Shown here: positions 41,179 through 53,559 of the stretch, piece after piece
How the letters are laid out: each line of letters begins with the position of its first letter
Position numbering within the stretch: position 1 is the first letter of the stretch
Assembly (NCBI RefSeq): GCF_000485595.1
Contig: NW_014577088.1
Location: 858,876 to 922,875 of the forward strand
Reading direction: 5' to 3'
Source of the DNA: Priapulus caudatus
Taxonomy: Eukaryota
DNA length: 64,000 nucleotides
Made by a program: the position numbers and the translations under genes
Notes under the pieces: generated by a model
What the model was told of the DNA's origin: nothing
Database searches by the model: none
Seen by the model: only the letters and a program-made list of their open reading frames with translations

Positions 41179-41210
<32 letters not shown>

Positions 41211-41247
41211 CACTCATCCATCTACACTACTGGTTCGGCACACTCAC

Positions 41248-41316
41248 TTTCGGCACACGAGCCTGCTGACCGGTCCTCGTGTCTCTGATGTTGGAGATCT
41301 CGATGCCATCGACCTC
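41248..41316 (-). CDS. PLCB: Phospholipase C-beta, internal coding exon (PH domain), 69 nt, phase 0/0
   Basis: Acceptor cttctgttacAG|GAG and donor AAA|GTgagt. Translates as EVDGIEISNIRDTRTGQQARVPK, the IRDxRTG..A..PK segment of PLC-beta PH domains. Splices in frame onto the 1307-1167 exon. Confidence 0.93.
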
Positions 41317-43178
41317 CTGTAACAGAAGCAACGCGATACGATCACATGTCGGTCATACAAGCCTATAGCACACCGGCAACACAGCACAAGCAGACAGAGC
41401 GCGCACACAGAGCGGGTCCAGTCGCGATCAATAACGACGGCTCTCACGTCACCGGTTTGCCCCCCTCCCCTCCCCTCCTCCCCCAAAACGCATCATTTTC
41501 ATTCTTCGTCAAATTTCGTTAATTTCGACGAATTTTTCATGAGGAGCACGTCCCCGTGTTGGTCGAGTCGAACGCTCGTAAAGCTGTAAACGTGCGTAGA
41601 AATCGGTGAACGTGGATTTACGAGCGAGTAAGATCAGACAGCCCCGAGGAGTTACGAGAGGGCTCGCGTGTCTACGATTCATGTAAACCTACACGCATTA
41701 CGACGACAGTTTGACGAAAGAGCGCGCGGCTTCCGCCGATGAGTACACGGCATATACACGGGTTATGTATGCTATATATACGGAGCCTGTATATAGGGTC
41801 CACAACGACGATCGCTTTCTAGGTCACGAGAGCGAATGGGCGAACAAGCGCGCGAACAATAGAGGAAGCAGACAGAGGAGAAAACACGATTACGGTAATA
41901 AGGCGTTATGAAGCATACACGATTTGCATTCAGATAAATATAATAAGACGCATCGACGCGCTCTCGTCGCAGCAAATAGTAACCTCGTGTACAACTGAAA
42001 CGCTTGCCGTCGTTTCATTTTCGAACGCCAGCAGACGACGCTTTACGTTCCCAGGCGCAGCAAGTCACTCGTGAAAGCCAGTACGGATATCGAGGCCTCG
42101 TGCGGCTATTTAGCACAACGCGTGGGTTTATCCCTCAAGCGAGTTTGTTTATTCACGAAACGCAACACGCGGCATTTGGCCAATTCGTGCTTTTGTCTGG
42201 CCCAGCCTTCCTACCCTGGATCACTGTTATACGATGGTACAGTTTAGGATAAGGTGCGAGCAGCAAGCCAACGGGATGAATTCGCGTGGAATTACCTGCG
42301 ACAGGCGCGCCGTAATAAGCAAGAGTCTGCGATTTACGGTCGACTCGCATTATAACCCGCAGCAATAAAGCGCGAAATCAAGAAAGCGCATTCTCGCGAG
42401 ACCGCGAGACCGTCGAGACGGCGCCACAGCGCCACTGCCGCGCATGCGCGAATACCGTCATCCTCGCCCTCTGCCATTACTTCATTGACATTTTCAACGC
42501 CTCAATGAAAACAGATATAATACGCATGATACATCTCAGTTGCATCACTAATAATATCTCTGCTATCCGTAGTAAAAATTCCAGACCAAAACCACAGAAA
42601 CAACTACAAAGCAAAAGTGTCACGACAGTGCGAACATTGACAGTTGTGGGTATACGCTTCTGGCCTACCTTATATTGCAACGCGATGATACCACACCACC
42701 GATTAATGTTAATAAAGTAATTAGTACGTCATCGCCACCGTGCAACCAGTCTTCTAATTTATAGTACTTATAATATATATATATATAAATATATTATCAT
42801 ACATCTATGCTCTGGCCACACCATGTTCTGACGATAGCGAGTGAGTTGACATTCCATCGCTGGCAACACTAGCTGTTCCCATAAATCTTTACTGCCATCT
42901 CATTCACTGGCATTTTATGGTTAAGGAATGAAGCTTTGACGATGAGTTTTTTTGTTTTAGTGGATGCATAGCAGGCCCGTAGCCAGGGGGGGTTCGGGGG
43001 GCTAATCAATATAATAATAAATGTAGTACGCACTACGCAGTATGCACAGTATGCAGTATAACAACTGCCTTCTTCTTGCTTCTAATCAATATAATAATAA
43101 ATGTAGTACGCACTACGCAGTATTGCACAGTATGCAGTAATAACAATGCCTTCTTCTTGCTTCTAATCAATATAATAA

Positions 43179-44964
43179 CTAGAACGGGCAGTTGTTCGCG
43201 CCTACAGTAATCCCCCGTGATCTAGTAATTGAATGGGGGGAATATCTCTGTAAGGACTTAGAAGGCAGGTAAAGTTAGAATAAGTCACCCAAAGACAAAG
43301 GTTTGTTAGAGCAACTGCGTCTCCTCAGATGTGCAAGTATATGAATCTAGTTACGCCTTAGCGGAGGAATATTTTCACTGTGAACAGTACCGCCCCCCCT
43401 ACCCCCTCTTCGTTACCGCATGAGTTTTTGTCGTTTATAATTGTCGCGTAACTGGACCTAGAGAATGGCAGCAGGTACCGATCGAAATTCCGCAATGGCG
43501 ACCTGGCGAGAGCAAGCGTGAAATTTTGTGTGTTGTTGAAATGTTGTTTCATTAACGTTGCTGACGGTAATATAGTTGCTACGTGACATAGGCTTAATCG
43601 TCTTCGCTCAACGTTCGAACCCTCCCGCGTAAGACGTCAATGGTAAATTCCGTTATGGGTCGTTTTCGAGGCGAAGATCACGTGAATTTACCGCGCGCCG
43701 TTAACAGTAATGGCCTAATCATTTCTGGGGTTGCTGTACATCACCATTTCTCAATAACACATCACACAGTTCATGTCTTTTTCTCATAAAATACTACTAA
43801 TACTGTAGACTACTACGAGGGATACAAATAAGAGTACGCAGCAAAATGAGGGAGTGCGTTGTAACTATCGTGATTTGAACAATCTGCGTTGATAAGGATT
43901 AGGGTTCATAATGACAGCCTTTTAATCGTAAAGACAAGCTTAATACATTTAAGTATATGAATAATTCAATGATATAATGAATAATTACACAACTTGCTAG
44001 TACACGTCATGGATCATGCGTACCATGACCAACTCCCTTTCCGTCTGCGGTTTACAGTGTTCTGCGCACGGCGCGGCCAGGGGTGAAACCCATCTGGCCG
44101 ATGTAAATATGGTATATATATATATATACAAAATATATGCCCCATACACCCATTGACAGTCAGCGCCTATGTTCTGTCGCCATTAGTTACGCATCTCCGC
44201 AAAGCCGGAGTCGGCGAGTAAACTACCGAATTATGTTTATATCTCGATGCGTTATCTGCCTTGCATACGCAGGTCGCTTCTGGGATTTGGCAATGAAGTG
44301 CGTTATGCTTAAAGCAAAGACGCATAATTGTTTTTGGTGTGCGGAGGAGTCATTGTTTGCCATGGTAAACAATCGTTTTTGTTGGAAATATTGCTAGAAT
44401 CCTACAGGTATACTTGTGCTGTTTTTACCTGATTTTCATCGAATTTGGCAGCACAGGCCGATATAACATGTCTATATATATATATATATATGTATTATAT
44501 ATATATATATTTGATGACACATCATAATTTATATATATAATTTAAATACAAATTTTTAATAGCAAAATATTTTGGTTTTTTATATTTTTTATGCAATATT
44601 TTTTTCCGCTTTTCTTTTTTTAGAATTTTAAATTTAATTTTAATAACCAACATTAATTTCATGACAATCGGTAAAAAGTGCAGAAGTTACAGGTTCTAGA
44701 ATATTTCGACAAAAAATGTTGTTACCATGGCAAACGATGACTCCGCGCACACCAAAAACGATAGGTGTCTTCGCTTTACGATAACGCATCTTCATTCAAA
44801 TAAAATTGAAGATGATCCGAGAAGAACTGCAGCCGGCTAGAGCGCTCACAAGGAAATCTCTGCGGCGGCGGCGGCGCGGCGGAGGCGCGCAGGCCGCGGC
44901 GCGCGGCGGCGGCGCGCGACGATGCCAAATCCATAGTATCCCACGAACTTCGTTCGGGGGATAC
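43179..44964. mobile_element. Helentron/HINE-like element related to 21936-27721
   Basis: AA|CTAGAACGGGCAGTTG..ATCCCCCG start, (GGC)n, and a CCATAGTA..CTTCGTTCGGGGGATAC|AA end. It splits a repeat unit whose uninterrupted form is visible elsewhere in the window. Confidence 0.75.
44310..44777. mobile_element. MITE with ~60-bp TIRs nested in the HINE (possibly Kolobok-type)
   Basis: TAAAGCAAAGAC..TTTTTGGTGTGCG..GAGTCATTGTTTGCCATGGTAA is mirrored by TTACCATGGCAAACGATGACTC..CACACCAAAAA..GTCTTCGCTTTA. Confidence 0.7.
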
Positions 44965-45420
44965 AATAAATGCAGTACGCACTACGCAGTATATTAAGGC
45001 AATATATGCCACTATATTAGCCTATTCCTTCTCCTTGCTTCTAATGCAGAATGCAGTATATTAAGCAATATGCACTATATTAGCCTGTTCCTTCTCCTTC
45101 GCTTCTAATGCAGAATGCAGTATATTAAGGCAATATGACACTAATTAGCCTGTTCCTTCTCCTTGCCTCGATCTAATGCAGAATGCATTATATTAAGGCA
45201 ATATGCACTATATTACTGTTCCTTCTCCTTGCTTCTAATGCAGAATGCAGTAGATTAAGGCAATATGCACCATATTAGCCTGTTCTTCTTCTTGCTTCTA
45301 ATGCAGTATGCAGTATATTAAGGCAGTATGCACTATATTACCTGTTCCGTCTTGTTGCTTCTAATGCAGTAGCACTAATTAACTTCTTCTTCTCTTGCTC
45401 TAACGCAGTTATATAGTATA
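44965..45420. repeat. ~64-bp tandem repeat (also about 43003-43175, 50049-50460 and 53345-54025)
   Basis: Unit GCAGTATATTAAGGCAATATGCACTATATTAGCCTGTTCCTTCTCCTTGCTTCTAATGCAGAAT. Confidence 0.9.
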
Positions 45421-45740
45421 TGAATTTAACTTTTTTACTGCTGCACCAAACACTGCCACATGTAAAACGACTCAGCGGCAATCAAGAAACACTAGTGACG
45501 GTGACGCAGCTTACACCTGAACATCGAAACCGAAGCGGAAACGGAAACCTGCAGCATTTCTGGCGTAACGTACTGACCAGTCTATTCAGTCAGTTAGTCA
45601 GTAGTTGGTTAGTTTAGTAAGTTAGTCAGTTAGTTTAGTCAGTTAGTCAGGCTATTTAGTCTGTTCAGGATATGCGTTGATTTCCTTTGCACGCTACAAT
45701 GTTATTAGCACGCTATCGCAGAATGCGCCGGGAGCCATCC

Positions 45741-46058
45741 CAGGCACTTGGGACAGAGTCAGTAAAAACTGAAAATAATATGAACGCACATTCACAAATA
45801 GGCCCTGCTACCATACCTCTCAATTACAGTTCCACTGTTGTGTCACTGTATATCACGCTTCCGCACTCGCCGCTGCGAGTGTGCTGTGTCGCCATGATAA
45901 TAATATATAAAGTTATTTAGTTTTTATGAAGGAAAGTTGATATACAGTGACACAACAGTGGAACTGTAATTGAGAGGTAGGGCCTACGGTCGTATTTCTA
46001 TTTGTGAATGTGCGTTCATATTATTTTCAGTTTTACTGACTCTGTCGCAAGTGCTGTG
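45741..46058. mobile_element. MITE of the same family as 59586-59852 (degraded copy at about 54340-54658)
   Basis: CAGGCACTTGGGACAGAGTCAGTAAAAACTGAAAATAATATGAACGCACATTCACAAATA and its inverse. Confidence 0.8.
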
Positions 46059-46309
46059 ATCCCAACAGCATTGCGCGCTACGACAACAACAGGCATTTCG
46101 AAGCGTTCGTACTTCACTTGCTTTAAATAGTAGCTTTTAGCGTTTTTTTTTCAATGTGCCATATGCACCATCCCCCCCCCCCTACTGGTGATCACCTAAA
46201 CAGTGTGGCCAATGTTGGCATCCTAAACGGGCAATAAACGGCGGAATACATAGCAGACCGCCAGACAGAGTTGTTCTTGTAGTAGTATAGATGTATCACT
46301 CTTGCGCCG

Positions 46310-46310
<1 letters not shown>

Positions 46311-46352
<42 letters not shown>

Positions 46353-46358
46353 ATCTCT

Positions 46359-46402
<44 letters not shown>

Positions 46403-46408
46403 TCTCTT

Positions 46409-46453
<45 letters not shown>

Positions 46454-46557
46454 TCTGTCTCTCTCTCTCTCTCTCTCTCTCCTCTCTATCTCCCTCTTCT
46501 CTCTCTCTCTGCTCTCTCTCTCTCTCTCATCTGTCTCTCTCTCTCTCCTCTCTAGTG

Positions 46558-46588
<31 letters not shown>

Positions 46589-46630
46589 GCTCTCTCCATC
46601 CTCTCTCAGGCTGTCTTTCCCTCTCTCGTT
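46311..46630. repeat. (CT)n microsatellite
   Basis: Direct reading. Confidence 0.95.
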
Positions 46631-48516
46631 CCCCGTCTTTTTTCTCTCATGTGCGCGCACTCTCTCCCTCTATCTGATTGCTATCGGCGACCTTCCATTC
46701 TACCGTTCCATCCCAACATACAGTTCAAATATTGAATGCCAATATCCCACGCACAGTCCGCATGTNNNNNNNNNNAACGACCCCCCCCCGAGCCTCCCCC
46801 CCAAGCAAAATTTTTTTAAATTTGCAAGAATTTCACCTCAGGTCGCTCCATTTTAGTGTAATATTTGCAAATCTCCATCGTGCGGGAGGGTGAACAGTGA
46901 ACACCCCTCCCACACCCTCCCCCCGCTCGGGTGCTGGCTCCCTCGCCTGGTCGCTTCGCGCCCGAGCAGTCGGGCGTGTACAGGGTGGGTCCAGGGAGTC
47001 CGAATCCCCTTGCTCGCGCAGAAAACGCATCTGAGTAGTGTAATTTTAAAAATTCTGGTGGGAGGACCCCAGACCCCCTTCGCGTGCTTCGCAACTTTGG
47101 CTACGCGTTGACCCCCCTCGTACAAATCCTGTACACGCCCCTGCGAGCAAGTTGCCAACATTGAAAAACGAACCCCCACCCATATAAAGCTGGCTACGGC
47201 CTGCAGAGTACCAGAGGCTATAATGATATATATCCTTCTTTATACGCTCTTGATAGTCGATGCCTTCCAGAGTTCAGGCACACCGCATACAATGTTAATG
47301 AACGAAAGAGAATTAGAGACGCGTTCAAATCCGTTTTCTAGCTAAGTCGCTGTGAGACAGATTAACTCATATTACACGCACGCTTGGACAGATGCATATA
47401 AATTGCATCGCCTAATTGAAAATTCTGCGTGGCCTAACCTAATTAGGAGAAAGGCAGTTAGTAGCAGCGGTCTCTGATGGGAAAAGGCAATTTCCTGCAC
47501 GACTACAACAATGTTTATAAAAACGAACTATAAGCAATGCCACTTTTGATTATGAGCTTGACTACATGTTGTTAAGATTTCTAGTGTAAAGCGTATAGAT
47601 CAAGTGAATGGTTTAGCTCAAGAAACGTCTTGCTAGGTTAGAGACCCGTTTCAAACATTGGCTGCAGCTATATAAACACGTAATTGTCGTATTTGCTCAA
47701 GTATCGCCAAAGAACACTTCACAGTTGATATACCAAATGAATCAGTATACACCGCCTTCTTGTAACCATTCAGTGGCGCTACGATGCACTCGCTTACCTA
47801 CGGTTTACACACGGACTTTTTGAGACGAATGCAATCAAAATTGATGAATTCGCCATCATTTGTATCATTCGACTGCGACTAAAATCCGCAATTGATCGAA
47901 CAAGTTGTTTTTTTTTTAATTAGTTTTGTCTTTAAGTTTTTAATTTTTAATTTTTAATTTTTTGTAACTTGTGATTTTGTAACTTTCACATATTTTTTAA
48001 AATGTGCTCGTGCCTAAGTACTATAATCATAGTATCAATAACTGCACTCGCGGAGTATTTTCCGTTTCGGGTTTCCGTGTCTCCATTGTAGAGCATGCGC
48101 AGTGTAAACATGCGGTTAAACAATCGTGGAATTAAGTTAATATTGCTCTGAGAATTAAGCAGATTATACCGTGAATAAGATGATACATTCTAGTTTAGAA
48201 GCAGGACAACTGCGAGTTACGTTCATATTTCAAACAAGCCAAGTCAAAGATGTAATTATAGAATGTTTTTATTTGAGATATACAGAGTTATATTCATCTA
48301 GATCTGCATATAGGTGATATTTTTTGGTATGAAGCGTGTCAGGCTGTATAGACGATCATTCGCACAGCCCGTCGGCTAGTAAATGTGGGACCATCGTGAA
48401 GACTAATACAATCTTCTACTCGTTTCCGTGTACCATTATGTGTGTATGTTGGTCTTCCTTTCTCTTCCTCTCGCCCACCATTTCTCTTCTCCTCGCCTCT
48501 CACAAACATTTATTTA

Positions 48517-48545
48517 CTAGCTTGAAGCACCCGGCGTTGCCGGAG
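48517..48545 (-). mobile_element. Helitron 3' terminus (copy at 52320-52347)
   Basis: The minus strand reads CCGG(G)CAACGCCGGGTGCT(T)CAAG-CTAG|T, i.e. a GC hairpin plus CTAG before a T. Confidence 0.65.
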
Positions 48546-48549
48546 TATA

Positions 48550-48913
48550 ACACATGCGTCTAAACAGAGGAATTGCCTTGACCTGTGATTCGAGGATAAA
48601 AATAGAATTCGTGACGTTTCGTTTCAACGGTCATAGCCGCGCGTGTTTAGCCAATGAGCGATACGCGCGTGCATATTTGATAATTAATTAGACTAATCGT
48701 GCTTCATAACTCAAAATTCACAGAGATTAAGGCTAAGACATGTGTCTATAAGAGCTAGAATTTATCGAAATGTAACTCAATCGTTCGCTTCCATATGATA
48801 GTTAGTACACGCGTTCCCTACCGGTCATAGCATATAGCGTATGCGGCGGAGTCGGGCGGGTCTATTTTTATCCCCAATCACAGGTCGAGCCATTCCTCTG
48901 TTTAGACGCCTGT
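48550..48913. mobile_element. MITE (copy at about 52354-52721)
   Basis: TIRs ACATGCGTCTAAACAGAGGAAT / ATTCCTCTGTTTAGACGCCTGT, with CTGTGATT / AATCACAG further inside. Confidence 0.75.
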
Positions 48914-51900
48914 ACTAATAACCTTAGGCAAGAAAACTTGCGAGAGCAATTTGAGCATATGTATGATACTTAATTCCCACAGGATAGGTGTAACAGAGAA
49001 AGCGGGTAAATATAAGAGGAGTAAACAATATTGTGATAAAAATAGTTCCAAAAATTCTATAATTTGATTCTATTGTAGTCAAAGCTTCTTATCCCATCCT
49101 ACCGTTCCATCCCAACATACAGTTCAAATATTGAATGCCAATATCCCACGCACAGTCCGCATGTTAATATTCTCAGTGCTGCGCCGCGTGACACCGTTCG
49201 CTGTTAACATTTCATCTTTAGATAATATCGCACGTTTTGATAATATTACAAACTCGACCACAATCGGCGCTAAAGCAGAATGAACAATCAGTGTAGGTAC
49301 TGCCGAGAGGTGCTATCAAGTCGTATTGTTAAAATAATCAGAATATCAAAGACACGCCTGCAGTTATATCCTCATCTAACGCTAGCATTAACATCATTGC
49401 ACTTTTATTATTAGTCGGCTGTGATGCGATGACAATGAAGCCTTACATCTTGCCTAATGAAGCCTAATGCTCTTGCGAACAATATTGGAATGCAAATTAT
49501 GCAGCCGAAGGATCCCCGTGGATACGCGAATTACCCTTTTGTTCACGAATTCTGTTGCGTTACGAAATCTTTGCCATTTCCAATTTATTTATATTTCCTA
49601 TTTAGTCGTTCGTCTCTCAAGACCGGCCAATTATCCCATCCAAGGAAGTAGAATCGCGGGGAAAGTAGTTCTTGACGATATGACAATTTCATTGGGATCA
49701 CCATATATTGTACAATATTTTCGGCCAAGGCACAAATGTATTCATAGGTATTTTCTAAAGAATAATCCGCAATATAACCATCTACAGCCATCACTGTATA
49801 GGTATCAAATAAACGTAACAACAAAATTGCCCTGATACTGAAATTGCGTGTTTTAATATCTTTCAGGAAAAACTGCGCCCCCAATCTCCCCCATGTACGA
49901 ATATCGATGATCACCCACGTACACGTTTCCTACCCGGATTCCAATCGGCTCTCCCACTTGCCCCAGCATCACGGATTCAGGTCCGTTACCGCACCTGCCA
50001 CAACGTACAGGACTCGATCCGGTTACTACACCTGCCTCTGCATCAACTTCTAATCAATATAATAATAAATGCAGTACGCACTACGCAGTATATTAAGGCA
50101 ATATATGCACTATATTAGCCTATTCCTTCTCCTTGCTTCTAATGCAGAATGCAGTATATTAAGGCAATATGCACTATATTAGCCTGTTCCTTCTCCTTGC
50201 TTCGATCTAATGCAGAATGCATTATATTAAGGCAATATGCACTATATTAACCTGTCCCTTCTCCTTGCTTCTAATGCAGAATGCAGTAGATTAAGGCAAT
50301 ATGCACCATATTAGCCTGTTCCTTCTTCTTGCTTCTAATGCAGTATGCAGTATATTAAGGCAGTATGCACTATATTAGCCTGTTCCGTGTTGTTGCTTCT
50401 AATGCAGTATGCACTATATTAACTTCTTTCTTCTTCTTGCTTCTAACGCAGTATATAGTATATGAATTAACTTTTTTACTGCTGCACCAACACTGCCACA
50501 TATAAAACTGACTCAGTGGCAATCAAGAAACACCAGTGACGGTGACCAGCTTACACCTGACATCGAAACCGAAGCGGAAACGGAAACCTGCCAGCATTTC
50601 TGGCGTAACGTACTGACCAGTCTATTCAGTCAGTTATATATACTAGCAGACTTTAATACCCGTACAACCACCAAATCGTGCCTTAAAATATAAACTTCAT
50701 GTAAGTGACACAGTTAAAGTTAAATATTTCATGCAACTGAAAAGAAAACAGAAAGAGCGCAATTCTATAAGTGAGCAAGGGAAAAGGTGCTCAGTTGGTG
50801 ACGGTGACCACTTGGTTGAAAGGAAAATACCTCAAAATGTATCTATCCATCCATCCATCCATCCATCCATCCATCCATCCATCCATCCATCCATCCATCC
50901 ATCCATCCATCCATCCANNNNNNNNNNNNNNNNNNNNNNNNNAGCAAATTGCCAACATTGAAAAACGAACCCCCACCCAATATAAAGCTGGCTACGGGCC
51001 TGCAGAGTACCAAGAGCGTATAATGATATATATCCTTCTTTATACGCTCTTGATAGTACGATGCTCCAGAGTTCAGGCACACCGCATTACAATGTTAATG
51101 AACGAAGAGAAGAGACGGGGTTCAAATCCGTTTTTCTAGCTAAGTCGCTGTGAGACAGATAACTCATATTACACGCACGCTGACAGATGCATATAAATGC
51201 ATCGCCTAATTGAAAATTCTGCGTGGCCTAACCTAATTAGGAAAGGCAGTTAGTAGCAGCGGTCTCTGATGGGAAAAGGCAATTTGCCCCTGCACGACTA
51301 CAACAATGTTTATAAAAACGAACTATAAGAATGCCACTGTTGATTATTGAGCTTGACTACATGTTGTTCAGATTTCTAGTGTAAAGCGTATGATCAAGTG
51401 AATGGTTAGCTCCAAGAAACGGTCTTGCTAGGGTTAGAAGACCGTTTCAAACATTGGCTGCAGCTATAAACACGTAATTGTCGTATTTGCCAAGTATCGC
51501 CAAAGAACACTTCACATGTGATATACCAAATGAATCAGTATACATCCGCCTTCTTGTAACCATCAGTGCGCTACGATGCACTCGTTACCTACGGGTTTAC
51601 ACACGACTTTTTGAGACGAATGCAATCAAAATCATGAATTCGCCACCATTTGTATCATTTCGACTGCGACTAAAATCCGCAATTGATCGAACAAGTTGTT
51701 TTATTTTTTTAATTAGTTTTGTCTTTAAGTTTTTAATTTTGTTCTTCACATATTTTTTGTAACCTGTGATTTTGTAACTTTCACATATTTTTTAAAATGT
51801 GCTCGTGCCTAAGTACTATAATCATAGTATCAATAACTGCATCGCGGAGTATTTTCCGTTTCGGGGTTTCCGTGTCTCCATTGTAGAGCATGCGCAGTGT

Positions 51901-53559
51901 AAACATGGCGGTTAAACAATCGTGGAATTAAGTTAATATGCTGTGAGAATTAGCAGATTATACCGTGAATTAAGAGATACATTCTAGTTTAGAAGCAGGA
52001 CAACTGCGAGTTAACGTTCATATTTCAAACAAGGCAAGTCAAAGATGGTAATTATAGAATAGTTTTATTTGAGATATACAGAGTTATATTCATCTAGATC
52101 TGCATATAGGTGATATTTTTTTTGTATGGAAGCGTGTCAGGCTGTATAGACAATCATTCGCACAGCCCCGTCGGGCTAGTAAATGGTGGGACCATCGTGA
52201 AGACTAATACAATTCTCACTCGTTTCCGTCTACCATTATGTGTGTATGTTGGTCCTTCCTTTCTCTTCCTCTCGCCCACCATTTCTCTTTCTCCCTCGCT
52301 CTCACAAACATTTTATTTACTAGCTTGAGCACCCGGCGTTGCCCGGAGTATAACACATGCGTCTAAACAGAGGAATTGCTCTGACCTGTGATTCGAGGAT
52401 AAAAATAGAATTCGTGACGTTTCGTTTCAACGGTCATAGCCGCGCGTGTATTAGCCAATGAGCGATACCGCGCGTGCATATTTGATAATTAATTAGACTA
52501 ATCGTGCTTCAATAGACTCAAAATTCACAGAGATTAAGGCTAAGACATGTGTCTATAAGAGCTAGAATTTATCGAAATGTAACTCAAATCGTTCGCTCCA
52601 TATGATAGTTAGTACACGTTCCTACCGGTCATAGCATAATAGCGTATGCGGCGGGAGTGGGCGGGGTCTATTTTTATCCTCCAATCACAGGTCGGAGCAA
52701 TTCCTCTGTTTAGACGCATGTAGAATAACGCTTAGCAAGAAAAACTTGCAGAGCAAATTCTGACATATGTATTTACTTAATTCCAAGGATAGAGTCGTAA
52801 CAGAGAAACGGGTAAATATGAAGGGGTAAACAATATTGTGATAAAAATAGTTCGAAAAATTCTATAATTCTGATTCTATTTAGTCAAAGCTTCTGGATAT
52901 ACAATGTTGTTATGAAATTGCACCAAGTTATGATGAACATGCCTCTCTGGGTGTGCAAGCCCGTCTCGCCTTTTAAATACACAACTGCATGGTGACGTCA
53001 GTCACGTGTCTCTGTTATCATTTTGATTCGCAATACATCAAAATAATACATGAAAACTCTCATTAGTATTTGAATTTACTGCGTATATTGAATGATCATG
53101 TAAATGGTATCTGAAGAGTTGATAATTCGACCTACAACCAGCAGTATCTAGTGAGCGCACACTAGAAATCACAAAGGAAATACGCTGGCAATTAAAGACC
53201 ATCACTTATTGTACAGTAATCAAACACGCTACATACATTAATAAACTAAACTAAATACATAGGTCAATAAACTAAACCCGTCACTATAGCACCATATCAT
53301 ATCCGTGTATAAATACGGTTTTCGATTTGGTCCTTACTTCCTCTTGCTGCACAGTATGCAGTATAACAACTGCCTTCTTCTTGCTTCTAATCAATATAAT
53401 AATAAATTAGACGTCACTACGCAGTATGCACAGTAAATCAGTAATACAACTGCCGTTCTTTCTTGCTTCAATCAATATAGACAAAAATGATACCAACTAC
53501 GCAAGTTATGCCACAGTATCAGCTATAACGAACTGCTTCTTCTTGCTCTCTTAATCAAT

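Larger units (their letters stand above)
42972..47203. mobile_element. hAT-like TIR pair enclosing nested repeats (a second right end lies at about 50988-51002)
   Basis: CAGGCCCGTAGCCAG at 42972, CTGGCTACGG-CCTG ending near 47203, and the exact CTGGCTACGGGCCTG ending at 51002. Confidence 0.45.
47146..52894 (+). repeat. ~1.95-kb direct duplication (47146-49089 vs 50943-52894)
   Basis: The copies are colinear and near-identical, differing mostly by 1-bp indels. The second copy starts immediately after an N gap. Confidence 0.92.
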
